A stretch of DNA of 64,000 nt from Candidatus Kerfeldbacteria bacterium (GTDB lineage: Bacteria > Patescibacteriota > Patescibacteriia > UBA9570 > XYC2-FULL-38-9): positions 78,751-142,750 of the forward strand of contig JACPGJ010000004.1 in the NCBI GenBank assembly GCA_016182555.1. The letters run 5' to 3'. Made by a program: the position numbers and the translations under genes. A model generated the notes under the pieces. That model had not been told where the DNA came from, ran no database searches, and saw only the letters and a list, made by a program, of their open reading frames with translations. Of this stretch, positions 21,541 through 31,233 are shown one piece after another. Positions within the stretch are counted from its first letter, which is position 1. Every line of letters starts with the position of its first letter.

Positions 21541-21569
21541 ATTATATACGTATCAAAAAATCTTGTCAA
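21541..21569 (-). promoter_or_regulatory. Consensus sigma70-type promoter (- strand): TTGACA-17bp-TATAAT
   Basis: Reverse complement of 21541..21569 is TTGACAagattttttgatacgtaTATAAT, with perfect -35 and -10 hexamers and a 17-bp spacer. Confidence 0.5.
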
Positions 21570-21786
21570 ATCTAAAAACTATGATAGGGTCAATATGGTT
21601 TATGGTTGCCCTGCCGAGGGCACAAAGGGGGTTTGAAAAACCAAGGTATTCGCAACTTTGCGAACCTTGTGCTTATTTTGAGCCAAGCCCCTGATTCGAA
21701 TGCGTTCTGTCGAGCTCATTCAGTGAACAACTGAATTGGTGCTCCCGACGCGTTTGGACAAAAAATGAGAAGGAGAAGGAGAACTA

Positions 21787-21834
21787 GGGGGTGAGTCACA
21801 TATAGCTTTCGAGCTTGAAAACGTGACTCACCCC
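21787..21834. terminator. Long perfect hairpin (12-bp stem GGGGTGAGTCAC/GTGACTCACCCC) between proS and the rRNA leader, likely a proS terminator
   Basis: Direct inspection. T-rich tract follows on both strands. Confidence 0.35.
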
Positions 21835-21856
21835 GCTTTATGTTTTGAAAAGAAAA

Positions 21857-23355
21857 TTAATACGCTCGAGCAAAGATAACTTGCTCAGAGGTTGCCGCAT
21901 TACAAATCATACACTTGCCATTTTGTTGCTGTTTTTCAAATGGAATACACCGAATAGTGGCTTTTGTTTCTTCTTTGACACGTGTTTCGCATTCCGCACT
22001 GCCACACCACAACGCCAAAAAGAACCCACCAGTTTCAATTTGTGTTTTGAAGGTTTCATAGGAATCCACCGTTACTGTACGTTCTTGTAGTCGCTGCTGT
22101 GAACTTGCAAATAGGGCTTTTTGCATCGCTTCAAGAACTGTGGAAATTTCTGAAGCCACCTGGTCAATTGCCACCGACTTTTTCTCGCCGGTATCACGCC
22201 GAGCCATCATCACCTGGTTCTGTGCCAAATCGCGTGGGCCAATTTCTATACGTACCGGCACACCCTTTTTCTCCCAGCCATATACTTTTGTGCCGAATGT
22301 TTCATAATCGCGAGCGTCTATATGCACACGAACACCAACGTGCTGCAACTGTTCACGCAATGCACTCACCTGTTCCATAACCGCTGCTTTCTCTTCTTCT
22401 TTTTTCCAGAGTGGCAACACCACCACTTGATACGGCGCGATTTCCGGAGGCAATACCAAACCCTTGTCATCACTGTGGGACATAATCAGTGCACCCATCA
22501 AACGGGTGCTTACTCCCCAACTCGTCATCCAACAATATTGTTGTTGGTTGTCTTGATCTAAAAATTTCACTTCAAATGCTTTGGCAAAATTCTGTCCCAA
22601 ATTGTGCGACGTTCCCGATTGCAATGCCTTGCCATCTTGCATCATGGCTTCAATGGTATACGTGCGCAGTGCTCCGGCAAACCGTTCAGATTCCGATTTT
22701 TCACCTGGTATCACTTCCATAGCCAGAACTTCTCGCGCAAACCACGCATACATATCTAACATTTTTCGTGCTTCCTCTTCGGCGTCAGCTTCTGTAGCGT
22801 GTGCAGTGTGTCCTTCTTGCCACAAAAATTCGCTGGTGCGTAAAAACAATCGCGTTCGCATTTCCCAACGCACCACATTTGCCCATTGGTTAATGAGCAA
22901 TGGCAAATCACGCCACGATTTAATCCAACGTGCAAATGCTGCATGAATCACGGTTTCAGAAGTTGGCCGCACAACCAATTCTTCCTCTAATTTCGATTCC
23001 GGGTCAACCACCACTCCTTCACCATTCGGGTTATTCATTAACCGATGATGCGTCACCACCGCGCATTCCTTCGCGAATCCTTCCACATGTGTTGCTTCAC
23101 GACTCAAAAACGACTTGGGAATAAACATTGGAAAATACGCATTCTGATGACCGGTTTCTTTAATTTTGTCGTCGAGGATGTGTTGCATCCGTTCCCATAT
23201 CGCATATCCGTAGGGTTTGATAATCATGGTGCCTTTCACATCACCATGTTCGGCTAAATCTGCAGCGGCAATAATATCTAAATACCACTGCGCATAATCT
23301 TGCGCGCGGGAGGTGATGGATTGTGCGTGTTGTGCTCGGGTGTGTTGAGTGACCA
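21857..23355 (-). CDS. proS: Prolyl-tRNA synthetase, archaeal/eukaryotic-like class II type with C-terminal zinc-binding domain
   Basis: Class II core motifs and a C-terminal CGSAECE...C..C zinc domain. The N-terminal 101 codons of the listed ORF are probably not translated (start MVTQHTRAQ at 23355). Confidence 0.85.
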
Positions 23356-23456
23356 TGCTTGTACTATACGTTGATGGATATTTTTTTTCAAGATGGGACA
23401 CACATTGACGATATTGTTCGTTTCTTCTATGGTGGGGAAAGAATAACAACCAACGT

Positions 23457-25697
23457 ATGCGCAAATATCTCTTTTTTTCTTTTATATTCGTGCTTTTTTT
23501 TACTGTGACGCCTACGGTTTCTGCGCAAGTATGTCTTAACCCATTAGATGAAACCATTGAAACAATCGACATCGGCACCGCCGTGGGTCTAGAAATAGCA
23601 ACAGGAACAACAGAAACAGAAACTAATGATGTCGTTGGTTCGTGTGGTGGGGATGACATGCCTGATGTGGCATTTTTATGGACAGCACCTTACGATGGAG
23701 AATACCAAATAGATACAGAAGGGTCATACTACAATGTGCTCATGTATGTCTTAGATAGCAATTCATGTTCAACGGCAATAGAGTTAGCTTGTTCAGACAA
23801 TTATGCGTCATCTACGTTCATTTCTTCGGTCAATATTACCGCTGTTACCGGTCAACAATTTATTATTGTGATCGATGGCTATTATGATCCTGCAGAAGGT
23901 GACCCGACTTTTGGGAAGGGGGCGTATGATTTGAACATTGAGCTCCTGCATGACCTGGATGAAGATGGATATGTGCATGTTGATTACGGTGGTAATGATT
24001 GTAATGATTCAGATCGAAATGTGCATCCGGGAGTGGCAGATGTCTATAATAATGAAGATGATGATTGCGATGGAACGGTGGACGAAGATAAGGTAGATGG
24101 TGATAGTGATGGGTATTATGATGGATATATACTTGATGCGGACTGTAATGATAGTGATGTAACTATTCATCCGAATGCCTCAGAAGTTGTGTATGATGGT
24201 ATTGATCAAGATTGTGATGGAATAGATGACTTCGATATGGACAATGATGGGTATGGTATTGATACTGTTACAACGGGTTATGACTGTAATGATAGTGATG
24301 TGACTATTCATCCGAATGCCTCAGAAGTTGTGTATGATGGTATTGATCAAGATTGTGATGGATTAACAGATGAAGATGATACGTTTGTTCTTTCTTCGGC
24401 CACGCCGGTTGCTGTTCCACCAGATGATGCATCGACTCCTGAGGTAGAAACCACGGGTACGACAAGCGTAACCTTTACTATTGATGAGAGTTACCCTATT
24501 ACGGATATTGATCTTCTTTTGGATATTACCCATACATATCTGAGCGATTTACAGATGCGGCTCATTTCTCCGCAGGGAACATCTGTATATCTGAGCTATC
24601 AAATATTGATGTCCGGAGAAGAATTGAATCAAATAGTATTTGATGATGCGGCCTATCGGAATATTGATGATGCCAGCACTCCTGCTTCTGGTGCTTTTCA
24701 ACCAGTTGAGCCACTTGCATTATTGAATGGTGAAATGAGTGCTGGCACTTGGACATTGGAGATTATAGATGTGGGTCAAGCTGATTATGGCACATTAAAT
24801 GAATGGGCACTGCGCATGAGTGTGGATACGGATGAAGATAATGATACCTATTTTACTACTCCCATGAGTGGTTCAGATTGTGATGATCATAATGCCCAAG
24901 TATATCCTGATGCAACGGAGATTCTTGATGGTATTGATAATAACTGTGATGGGGTGGTCGATAATATTATTGAAGTGCCCTCGGATCCGCCAATAGAAAC
25001 GCCCGTGGAAACACCGGCATCGGAAAACAATACCACCGTTGATGCCAATGAACCACCACCAAGTAATGAAACGCCCGGTGAAAATACGGAAAATGAATTA
25101 CCGGTAGAAAATGATGAGTCAGATGATGCGACTACTGGTACAAATACTTCGAAAGCGGAAACGATTTTTGTGACAACATTACGCCCAACGAAAAGAGGCG
25201 TTCGGGTATGGTATTCCAATGACACCTCTCATGTATTCAAGCTATTTAAACGTCGTGGGAAAAAACGTACGCGCCTGATAATCATGAACGATCGTTTGGC
25301 AATGGTTGTTCACGCTAATGGCAAACACGGAGTATTATTTCAATATGTGAAAGGGAAGATACGTTCTCGAAAAAAACTTTCTTCATTACGAGCAAAAAAT
25401 ACTCGTATAAAGAATGTTCGCATAAAGAAAAAACGATATATTGTTGTGACGGCAAAAAAGAAAAGGAAGATGCAGGCCAGTCTTTCTATTCTTCGCGTGA
25501 AAATGAAAAAAAAGCGGCTGGGCAAAGTTCGATTTATGGTGCTTCATCATGCAAAAGCAAAAAAAATCGCTCCAAAAAAAACGCGTATTCATAAACGATT
25601 TATCTATCTACGCAACAAACACGCCCATCGTTTATTTAGATTGAAATTCAAGAAAACAAACCGTTTATTCTTATTGCCAAAAAAACGCTCCTCCTAA
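23457..25697 (+). CDS. Secreted multi-domain protein: signal peptide, PPC-like domain, five or more MopE-type metal-binding repeats, proprotein-convertase P-domain, acidic linker, approximately 150-aa polybasic tail
   Basis: Signal MRKYLFFSFIFVLFFTVTPTVSA. Repeats CNDSDxxxHPxAxExxDGxDxDCDG. P-domain DIDLLLDITHTYLSDLQMRLISPQGT...GTWTLEI. C-terminus about 35% K/R. Confidence 0.6.
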   Translation: MRKYLFFSFIFVLFFTVTPTVSAQVCLNPLDETIETIDIGTAVGLEIATGTTETETNDVVGSCGGDDMPDVAFLWTAPYDGEYQIDTEGSYYNVLMYVLDSNSCSTAIELACSDNYASSTFISSVNITAVTGQQFIIVIDGYYDPAEGDPTFGKGAYDLNIELLHDLDEDGYVHVDYGGNDCNDSDRNVHPGVADVYNNEDDDCDGTVDEDKVDGDSDGYYDGYILDADCNDSDVTIHPNASEVVYDGIDQDCDGIDDFDMDNDGYGIDTVTTGYDCNDSDVTIHPNASEVVYDGIDQDCDGLTDEDDTFVLSSATPVAVPPDDASTPEVETTGTTSVTFTIDESYPITDIDLLLDITHTYLSDLQMRLISPQGTSVYLSYQILMSGEELNQIVFDDAAYRNIDDASTPASGAFQPVEPLALLNGEMSAGTWTLEIIDVGQADYGTLNEWALRMSVDTDEDNDTYFTTPMSGSDCDDHNAQVYPDATEILDGIDNNCDGVVDNIIEVPSDPPIETPVETPASENNTTVDANEPPPSNETPGENTENELPVENDESDDATTGTNTSKAETIFVTTLRPTKRGVRVWYSNDTSHVFKLFKRRGKKRTRLIIMNDRLAMVVHANGKHGVLFQYVKGKIRSRKKLSSLRAKNTRIKNVRIKKKRYIVVTAKKKRKMQASLSILRVKMKKKRLGKVRFMVLHHAKAKKIAPKKTRIHKRFIYLRNKHAHRLFRLKFKKTNRLFLLPKKRSS
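24141..24361 (+). repeat. Near-identical tandem duplication inside the MopE-repeat gene (two approximately 90-bp copies, 1 mismatch, 141-bp period)
   Basis: GACTGTAATGATAGTGATGT(A/G)ACTATTCATCCGAATGCCTCAGAAGTTGTGTATGATGGTATTGATCAAGATTGTGATGG occurs twice. Confidence 0.7.
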
Positions 25698-25818
25698 TGA
25701 TCACGTGACCCCAATATCCTTCCGAAATATCAAGGCATGGCTGTTGCATGGAAGGATGGAAATAGTAAAATCAGTTATTGAACAGTCAATGTGACAAAAA
25801 CCTGGTATACTATGGTGT

Positions 25819-26865
25819 ATGTATACCATCAAACGCATTCTTCCCAAAACCAAACCCTGGAAAACTGGGTTCACGTGGGTATTCGCTGCAGCGATTGGTT
25901 ATGGTACCTCTATCATCATTCAACGATTTAGCACATTTCCAACATATCGTACGCAACCGGTATTGGCAGAAATTTTTGGAGACACTATTCAATTACAACA
26001 CGCGCTCATCATCGCGCTGGTCATTATCAGTGTGGTTATCGCTCTGGAGCTACAACAAATACGCTTCTTCGCCAATCCGTATAGCCAGATTGTTCACGAA
26101 GAGTTGCGCAACTTTACCCGGCTGTTTCAATTACCCATCCAAACCAAACCGCATGTCGGCATTTCAAAAAAACAATTGCTCTTGCTCGGGTTTTTTCTAC
26201 CGATTGGTATTGTCGTGTGGGTGTCACCAAAAATATTTAACCGTATCGCGCTCGACCCTGGTATAACGCGCTATATCGCCGTGGCCGTTAGCATACTCTA
26301 TCTGCTCGGTTTAATCATTTGGTTTGTTTCGCTTTTTCGTAAACGCAAACAAGACGGAGTAACAATTTTGAATGATATCTGTGCACGCGTGCAAGGGAGG
26401 GATGGTTCAACACAATTGCATCCGCAAATGCTTGGCGATTATCATATACCACTGCGAAATTTTCAGCTGGCAGTTGACGGATTGTTCCGTGGACGGCGGG
26501 TGTTATGTAGCGCTCGCGTGAATGACACTGGGATAGAAGCACGGACAGCATTTAGCACGTATCACCAAATGCGCATACACCAACTCGCCATTCATGAGCG
26601 GAACCCAGAATGGAAAACACTGAAAGGACGTGATGTAAATGACTGTTTTCAGAAACGTTTTGAAGTGGTGGGCATGGAGGCGCAATATATTCCACAGCAA
26701 CTGAAAGAATTACTGGTTCGTGCACCGCAACCTATTCACCTCAATCTGAGTAACCAACAAATTATTTTTGAAAATACCCACGCTCTGCCGTTCTATTCTA
26801 TAGAAGGATTATTCGTTTGGCTCCATCTGTGCAACCAAATAGTTTCTTCGGTGGAACAGATATAG
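25819..26865 (+). CDS. Hypothetical membrane protein (4 or more TM) with an approximately 170-aa C-terminal soluble domain
   Basis: Hydrophobic helices at aa 15-35, 55-75, 125-145 and 160-185. No known motifs. Confidence 0.4.
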   Translation: MYTIKRILPKTKPWKTGFTWVFAAAIGYGTSIIIQRFSTFPTYRTQPVLAEIFGDTIQLQHALIIALVIISVVIALELQQIRFFANPYSQIVHEELRNFTRLFQLPIQTKPHVGISKKQLLLLGFFLPIGIVVWVSPKIFNRIALDPGITRYIAVAVSILYLLGLIIWFVSLFRKRKQDGVTILNDICARVQGRDGSTQLHPQMLGDYHIPLRNFQLAVDGLFRGRRVLCSARVNDTGIEARTAFSTYHQMRIHQLAIHERNPEWKTLKGRDVNDCFQKRFEVVGMEAQYIPQQLKELLVRAPQPIHLNLSNQQIIFENTHALPFYSIEGLFVWLHLCNQIVSSVEQI

Positions 26866-26883
26866 AATAATCAGCATGTGGTG

Positions 26884-27588
26884 CTATGCCTCGTTGTTCT
26901 GCATCAAGCGCAACAAAAACAACGTTTCGCTTTTCAATTTCGTTTTCGCCCAGGCTTTTTGTTTTGGGTCAAGAAGTTCACCCATGCCATCTAAAATTTT
27001 TGTGTCATCAAATTTTTCCAGCTTCACAATACATTTTTCTAAAAATTCTTTAAACGACAACCCCGACCGTTGCTCAACGAGCTGTGTATTGATTTCCCAA
27101 TTATTTTTTGCAAAAAACCACACATCAAAAATATCGCGATTTGATCTACCCATACGCTCAAACATCGCCATCAACTTATTCGCAAACATATCTTCTTGAA
27201 TCATGACCAGTAACGAAATGCCCATATACGATTTCAGTTCATACCGCGATCCAAAATTTCGTCGGTTAATTTCAACTTTCACATTCTGCGCATCTGTTTT
27301 TTTGCCATAATACGAAACGAGATAAAATAGATTGAACCGTTTTTTTTCTGCATTTTTGATGTTGCCAAATTGCTTTAAAATTTGTTCAACGCGTGCAAAT
27401 ACCTGGTCCTCTTTCGCCGAATCAAGCAAGTCAAAATCCAGATCAACCGAGTGACGATTCAATCCATAAAATAGATACGCCGCCGTACCACCCTTGAATC
27501 CTAAAAATGGACCAATAGTGTTGTCGGAATAAATTGCGGTCAATATTTGAATGAGAACACTTTTGTGAGTAGCGGGGTTGAGAACCAT
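26884..27588 (-). CDS. AbiEii/AbiGii-family nucleotidyltransferase toxin (type IV TA, abortive infection)
   Basis: GGTAAYLFYGLNRHSVDLDFD nucleotidyltransferase motif. Immediately downstream of an AbiEi-like gene. Confidence 0.7.
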   Translation of the reverse strand: MVLNPATHKSVLIQILTAIYSDNTIGPFLGFKGGTAAYLFYGLNRHSVDLDFDLLDSAKEDQVFARVEQILKQFGNIKNAEKKRFNLFYLVSYYGKKTDAQNVKVEINRRNFGSRYELKSYMGISLLVMIQEDMFANKLMAMFERMGRSNRDIFDVWFFAKNNWEINTQLVEQRSGLSFKEFLEKCIVKLEKFDDTKILDGMGELLDPKQKAWAKTKLKSETLFLLRLMQNNEA

Positions 27589-27591
27589 AAT

Positions 27592-28176
27592 TTATTTCGT
27601 CGCTTGATAATAATCATAATATTTTTGCACAGTCTTCACCATTTTTTTATTTTCATACAGAGGAAGTAGTGCAAATACTTTTTCCCAATCCAATGGAGAA
27701 AGATTGTCGAAATAATAATCTTTACTTCGGTAAATCGTATCAAGAAAAGCACGTTCCGTTATTGCTATTGGGTATTGTTCGCTTTGATCAATACCCGCAG
27801 GGTTGATAAGTGTGTCGAATTTGATTGTACGAAATGCGTATTCTTGTCCGTCGCAGATGATATCACGATTCACATAAGAAGCGACAAAAATTTGGCCGTA
27901 ATATTGAAAGGTGATACCCGCTGCACCAAGAACAGTTTCAAAACTGATATATGCTGGGCGAAGAATATTTGTTGCAAGTTCATATCTACTATATTCATAA
28001 TCTTTTGCATACACACCTTTGCGTACATGAATCAACTTTCCACTTTTTATATAAGAATGCAAACGAACACGAGCAGCGTTCATGCTTTTTTCGCGCCACA
28101 ATAACGCAATATCTTTGGTGGTAAAGATCGTTTTTGGCGAACGAAGCAGTATATCTAAATAATCCCCTCTCTTCAT
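27592..28176 (-). CDS. AbiEi-family antitoxin / transcriptional regulator
   Basis: wHTH N-terminus with the RKGVYA motif. 3-bp spacing to the cognate toxin. Confidence 0.6.
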   Translation of the reverse strand: MKRGDYLDILLRSPKTIFTTKDIALLWREKSMNAARVRLHSYIKSGKLIHVRKGVYAKDYEYSRYELATNILRPAYISFETVLGAAGITFQYYGQIFVASYVNRDIICDGQEYAFRTIKFDTLINPAGIDQSEQYPIAITERAFLDTIYRSKDYYFDNLSPLDWEKVFALLPLYENKKMVKTVQKYYDYYQATK

Positions 28177-28305
28177 AATTCTACTGAAAATTAGCTTAAT
28201 GCTAATATACAGTATAATTATATATCATTTCGTCATTTTATGCAAGTCCACTTGCTTTTTGCTGGTTAGGATATAATACATTTTTGTATGATATCTAACT
28301 GCTAT

Positions 28306-29151
28306 CTACAATTTTTCTTCAACTTCTCTTAAGATGATTTCTTTCATGTGCACACCAATGTTTTTACTAAATTGTTCATCTTCTATAAACGCTGCTAAAT
28401 CAAGCTGAATACTACGCGTATCAACCTTCCTCACTATCTCCAGCAACCGCTTTTTTAACTCGCTCAAATTTTCTATTCCCTGAATACACTCCATATTCGG
28501 TTGTACGCCTTTTTGCAAATACCACATCAAGTCAAAATAATCTCTGCCTTTTACGGTAATAATTGTTTTCCCCGATCGGTCTGTCTTCTCCCATTTGCGA
28601 TTCAACACCGCATTTATTTTTGACGCCATGAGTGTGGGCAAATCAAATGTCCGCACAATAATAGATTTATTTTCTATAAACAACGGCATGAATTGCATTT
28701 GATATTTTGGGCAATAATCAAATACCGGACAAATTTCTACTTTCACAAACAACTGGTCAGATTCACTGGCATCAGCCGCCCCCAGCTCATGCAAAATATC
28801 GAATTTCACATAGATACGAAATTTTTGAATTTTTGTTTTTACGCGCACATCGGTGTTCTTCGCAAAAAAGTGTTCAATGTCCTTTGCGAGCGTTGGTAAC
28901 GAAATACTCGCATTCATATCTACAAAATCTAAATCTTCTGACAATCGGGGCAGGCCAAAACAATGCGCTAAACAGGTACCGCCATAAAAATATAATTCAG
29001 TATATGGCGGTGTTGAATACAAAAAATCTAACAACAAAATTTGCAAATAGCGCTTGAGCTTATTTTTTGTGAATGCGGCATTGTGCGTACCAGATTCATG
29101 AATAATAGCACGCAAATTCGCCAATGTATTTTCCATAGATTTAATTTTCAA
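28306..29151 (-). CDS. AbiEii/AbiGii-family nucleotidyltransferase toxin (second copy)
   Basis: FYGGTCLAHCFGLPRLSEDLDFVD. Confidence 0.7.
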   Translation of the reverse strand: MKIKSMENTLANLRAIIHESGTHNAAFTKNKLKRYLQILLLDFLYSTPPYTELYFYGGTCLAHCFGLPRLSEDLDFVDMNASISLPTLAKDIEHFFAKNTDVRVKTKIQKFRIYVKFDILHELGAADASESDQLFVKVEICPVFDYCPKYQMQFMPLFIENKSIIVRTFDLPTLMASKINAVLNRKWEKTDRSGKTIITVKGRDYFDLMWYLQKGVQPNMECIQGIENLSELKKRLLEIVRKVDTRSIQLDLAAFIEDEQFSKNIGVHMKEIILREVEEKL

Positions 29152-29791
29152 TCATATATTTTCCGATATCTTGCAGGTGTTTTGACTGCGCTTGCTTGAT
29201 AAAGCTTCGAAATTCTTTTTTATCCTTTTGTGTCAGCTGATCGGTATTTATACGAAGCGCATCGATGGCGGTCGCATCAAAAAGCAGATGCTGTCGTAAG
29301 TAGAGAAAATCAAACAATGCTTTAGCTTTCGTTGCCTGTTGCACAGAGAAACCACCAATCATTTTTTTTGTGAACCCATGAAACAATCCGGACTTGATAC
29401 TGTGGTAGTTAAACTGACCAAACGCATTCTGGAATGTTTGCGTTTTTCGTGTGCTGATAGATGTGTAGTGCACCGGCATTTCGGTCAACAGATGATATTC
29501 AAACAACATATATTCCAGGCTCAAATATGACGGTTCATATAACAGATTTGCCAGGAATGATTTATACCCGTTGAAACGTTGTGTCTTTTCCAGTCTATCA
29601 ATATATTCGGGGGCAACGTAGAGCCCACGTTTTAATCGAACAAGTTTACCTTTTTTTGCATAACGCCCAAGAAGGATTTTGAGATACGTTGTATCCTGCT
29701 CTATGGGAGAAATATCTGCTAATGTAAAGGCTGGCAAATTTTTTACCACCTCATAAATTGTATGAATTCGTGAATTTCTATTGTTTCTCAT
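29141..29791 (-). CDS. AbiEi-family antitoxin (second copy)
   Basis: VRLKRGLYVAPEY motif. Overlaps the downstream toxin by 11 nt. Confidence 0.6.
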   Translation of the reverse strand: MRNNRNSRIHTIYEVVKNLPAFTLADISPIEQDTTYLKILLGRYAKKGKLVRLKRGLYVAPEYIDRLEKTQRFNGYKSFLANLLYEPSYLSLEYMLFEYHLLTEMPVHYTSISTRKTQTFQNAFGQFNYHSIKSGLFHGFTKKMIGGFSVQQATKAKALFDFLYLRQHLLFDATAIDALRINTDQLTQKDKKEFRSFIKQAQSKHLQDIGKYMIEN

Positions 29792-30066
29792 AATATACTT
29801 AAATAGTATACCAAAAGAAATGATTTGTCAAATGCGCCAACGCACTGCCACTTCGTGATGCGTTCGCGCTCAAACTGCCGTCACTGCAAGATTTTTCAAT
29901 AATTTCAAAAACGTGTATGCTGCATGGGGCCTCATGTAGACGCCCAGTTGTACCTGGTTATTCCGCCAGCTGCAGGCTGTATACGGCCGCCAGGGAATCC
30001 CCCCAGGCGCGCCCTGCCGTTCTCAGACCCTGTGGCGAGAATTTCCTCGTCACATTCTTAGGAGTG

Positions 30067-31218
30067 GATACCGTTACCTTTTGGGTGCGTGAATGATTGA
30101 TTTTTTGGCTAATGTATGCTAATATTTGATGGTTTAACTAGTTAAATAGCGTATAATGGTAAAAAAAACAGAATCCGTATTGTCCAAAATGTGAGAGCGG
30201 ATCAACAATCAAACGCGGGAGCCGTGGTGGTTTGAAACGATATTCTTGTCAGAGCTGCACAGGCTCTTTTTCAGTTGATCATCGACGAAAAGAAGCCGTA
30301 TTGTGGGTTCCGCATATTAATGGGATACCATTTCGAAAACTCGGTGATGAGCGAGGAATGTCAGGAAAGCAAGCATACACTCGTGTGTTTGTAGAACTCG
30401 GTACTCTTCCAGACAATACAGTGCTCACTCAAAAATACTGTACCTACACGTCAGGTATCCTCATCATTGATGGGAAATATGTGAAGGTGCGAGGATACAA
30501 ACAAAAGATTCCATTTATCTATGCCATAGATTATGAAACGCATGATATTTTGTTTGGTATCCTTGCAGCTTCAGAAGACACTGAAGCATTCTTGGAGTGT
30601 TTTCGTATATTGAAACAACTGAACTATCCATTACGTGTTGTGGTTGCTGATGATCGATCGAGCCTGCCAATAGCGCTGAAACAGATATATCCAGATATCC
30701 CGCTTCAACTTTGTCAGAATCACTATATTGAAAATATTAGAAAACTTCTTCACATTCGATCTGAGACAACACACCAGCATTTCTTCAATTCACTCAAGAA
30801 ACACGTCTTTGATGAATACTCCAATGATGAAAAATTGAATACTGCATTACACCATGTACTCACACAGAGGTGTGAAAACATGGAGATTCGTCAAACAATC
30901 GTTATGGAAATCGATCGAAGACGAACAGAACTCTTTACGTATCCCACAATCCCAAATTGTCCCAAAGACACCAACCTCATTGAACTATTCAATTCTCACT
31001 TCAATGCACGGATCAAATCGCTCAAGGGATTCAAAACTCTTCTCCATGCAACTCTCTGGCTCAATGGTCTTCTTATTCGTAGAAGAACAAAACCATTCAC
31101 TGATTGCTCCCCTAAATTCAAGCATCTCAATGGTAAATGCTCTCTCCAAATGTCTATCAAAAAACAGGCTCACTGGCCTGAAATTCTCGGTCTAAAAGCA
31201 CCCAAAAGGTAACGGTAA
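30067..31218 (+). mobile_element. Complete insertion sequence (about 1.15 kb) with approximately 20-bp terminal inverted repeats and a 10-bp target-site duplication
   Basis: IRL GATACCGTTACCTTTTGGGTGC versus IRR GCACCCAAAAGGTAACGGTAA (reverse complement matches 20/22). Flanking direct repeat CTTAGGAGTG at 30057-30066 and 31219-31228. Coordinates +/-3. Confidence 0.65.
30232..31212 (+). CDS. DDE transposase with N-terminal zinc ribbon
   Basis: Candidate DDE triad at IIDGKYV, VVVADDRS and CQNHYIEN. The CPKC..CQSC zinc ribbon begins upstream of the only in-frame canonical start (TTG), so the start is uncertain. Confidence 0.55.
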   Translation: MKRYSCQSCTGSFSVDHRRKEAVLWVPHINGIPFRKLGDERGMSGKQAYTRVFVELGTLPDNTVLTQKYCTYTSGILIIDGKYVKVRGYKQKIPFIYAIDYETHDILFGILAASEDTEAFLECFRILKQLNYPLRVVVADDRSSLPIALKQIYPDIPLQLCQNHYIENIRKLLHIRSETTHQHFFNSLKKHVFDEYSNDEKLNTALHHVLTQRCENMEIRQTIVMEIDRRRTELFTYPTIPNCPKDTNLIELFNSHFNARIKSLKGFKTLLHATLWLNGLLIRRRTKPFTDCSPKFKHLNGKCSLQMSIKKQAHWPEILGLKAPKR

Positions 31219-31233
31219 CTTAGGAGTGAAGCT

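Noticed and set aside
21590-21760. Possible tRNA/tmRNA-like sequence (GGGGGT... hairpins) between proS and the 23S leader
   Set aside because: No cloverleaf with a valid anticodon arm and T-loop (GTTCGAATC-type) could be folded by eye. Treated as terminator-type hairpins only.
23356-23659. N-terminal 101 codons of the listed proS ORF
   Set aside because: Conserved ProRS sequence begins at the internal Met (MVTQHTR). The extension overlaps the divergent promoter and start of the secreted-protein gene.
30169-30233. Possibility that the IS transposase is a pseudogene because the first CxxC of its zinc ribbon precedes the only ATG/TTG start
   Set aside because: The terminal inverted repeats and target-site duplication are intact, and the downstream frame is uninterrupted. 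A non-canonical start or my approximately 2-nt coordinate uncertainty is as likely, so I did not call it a pseudogene.
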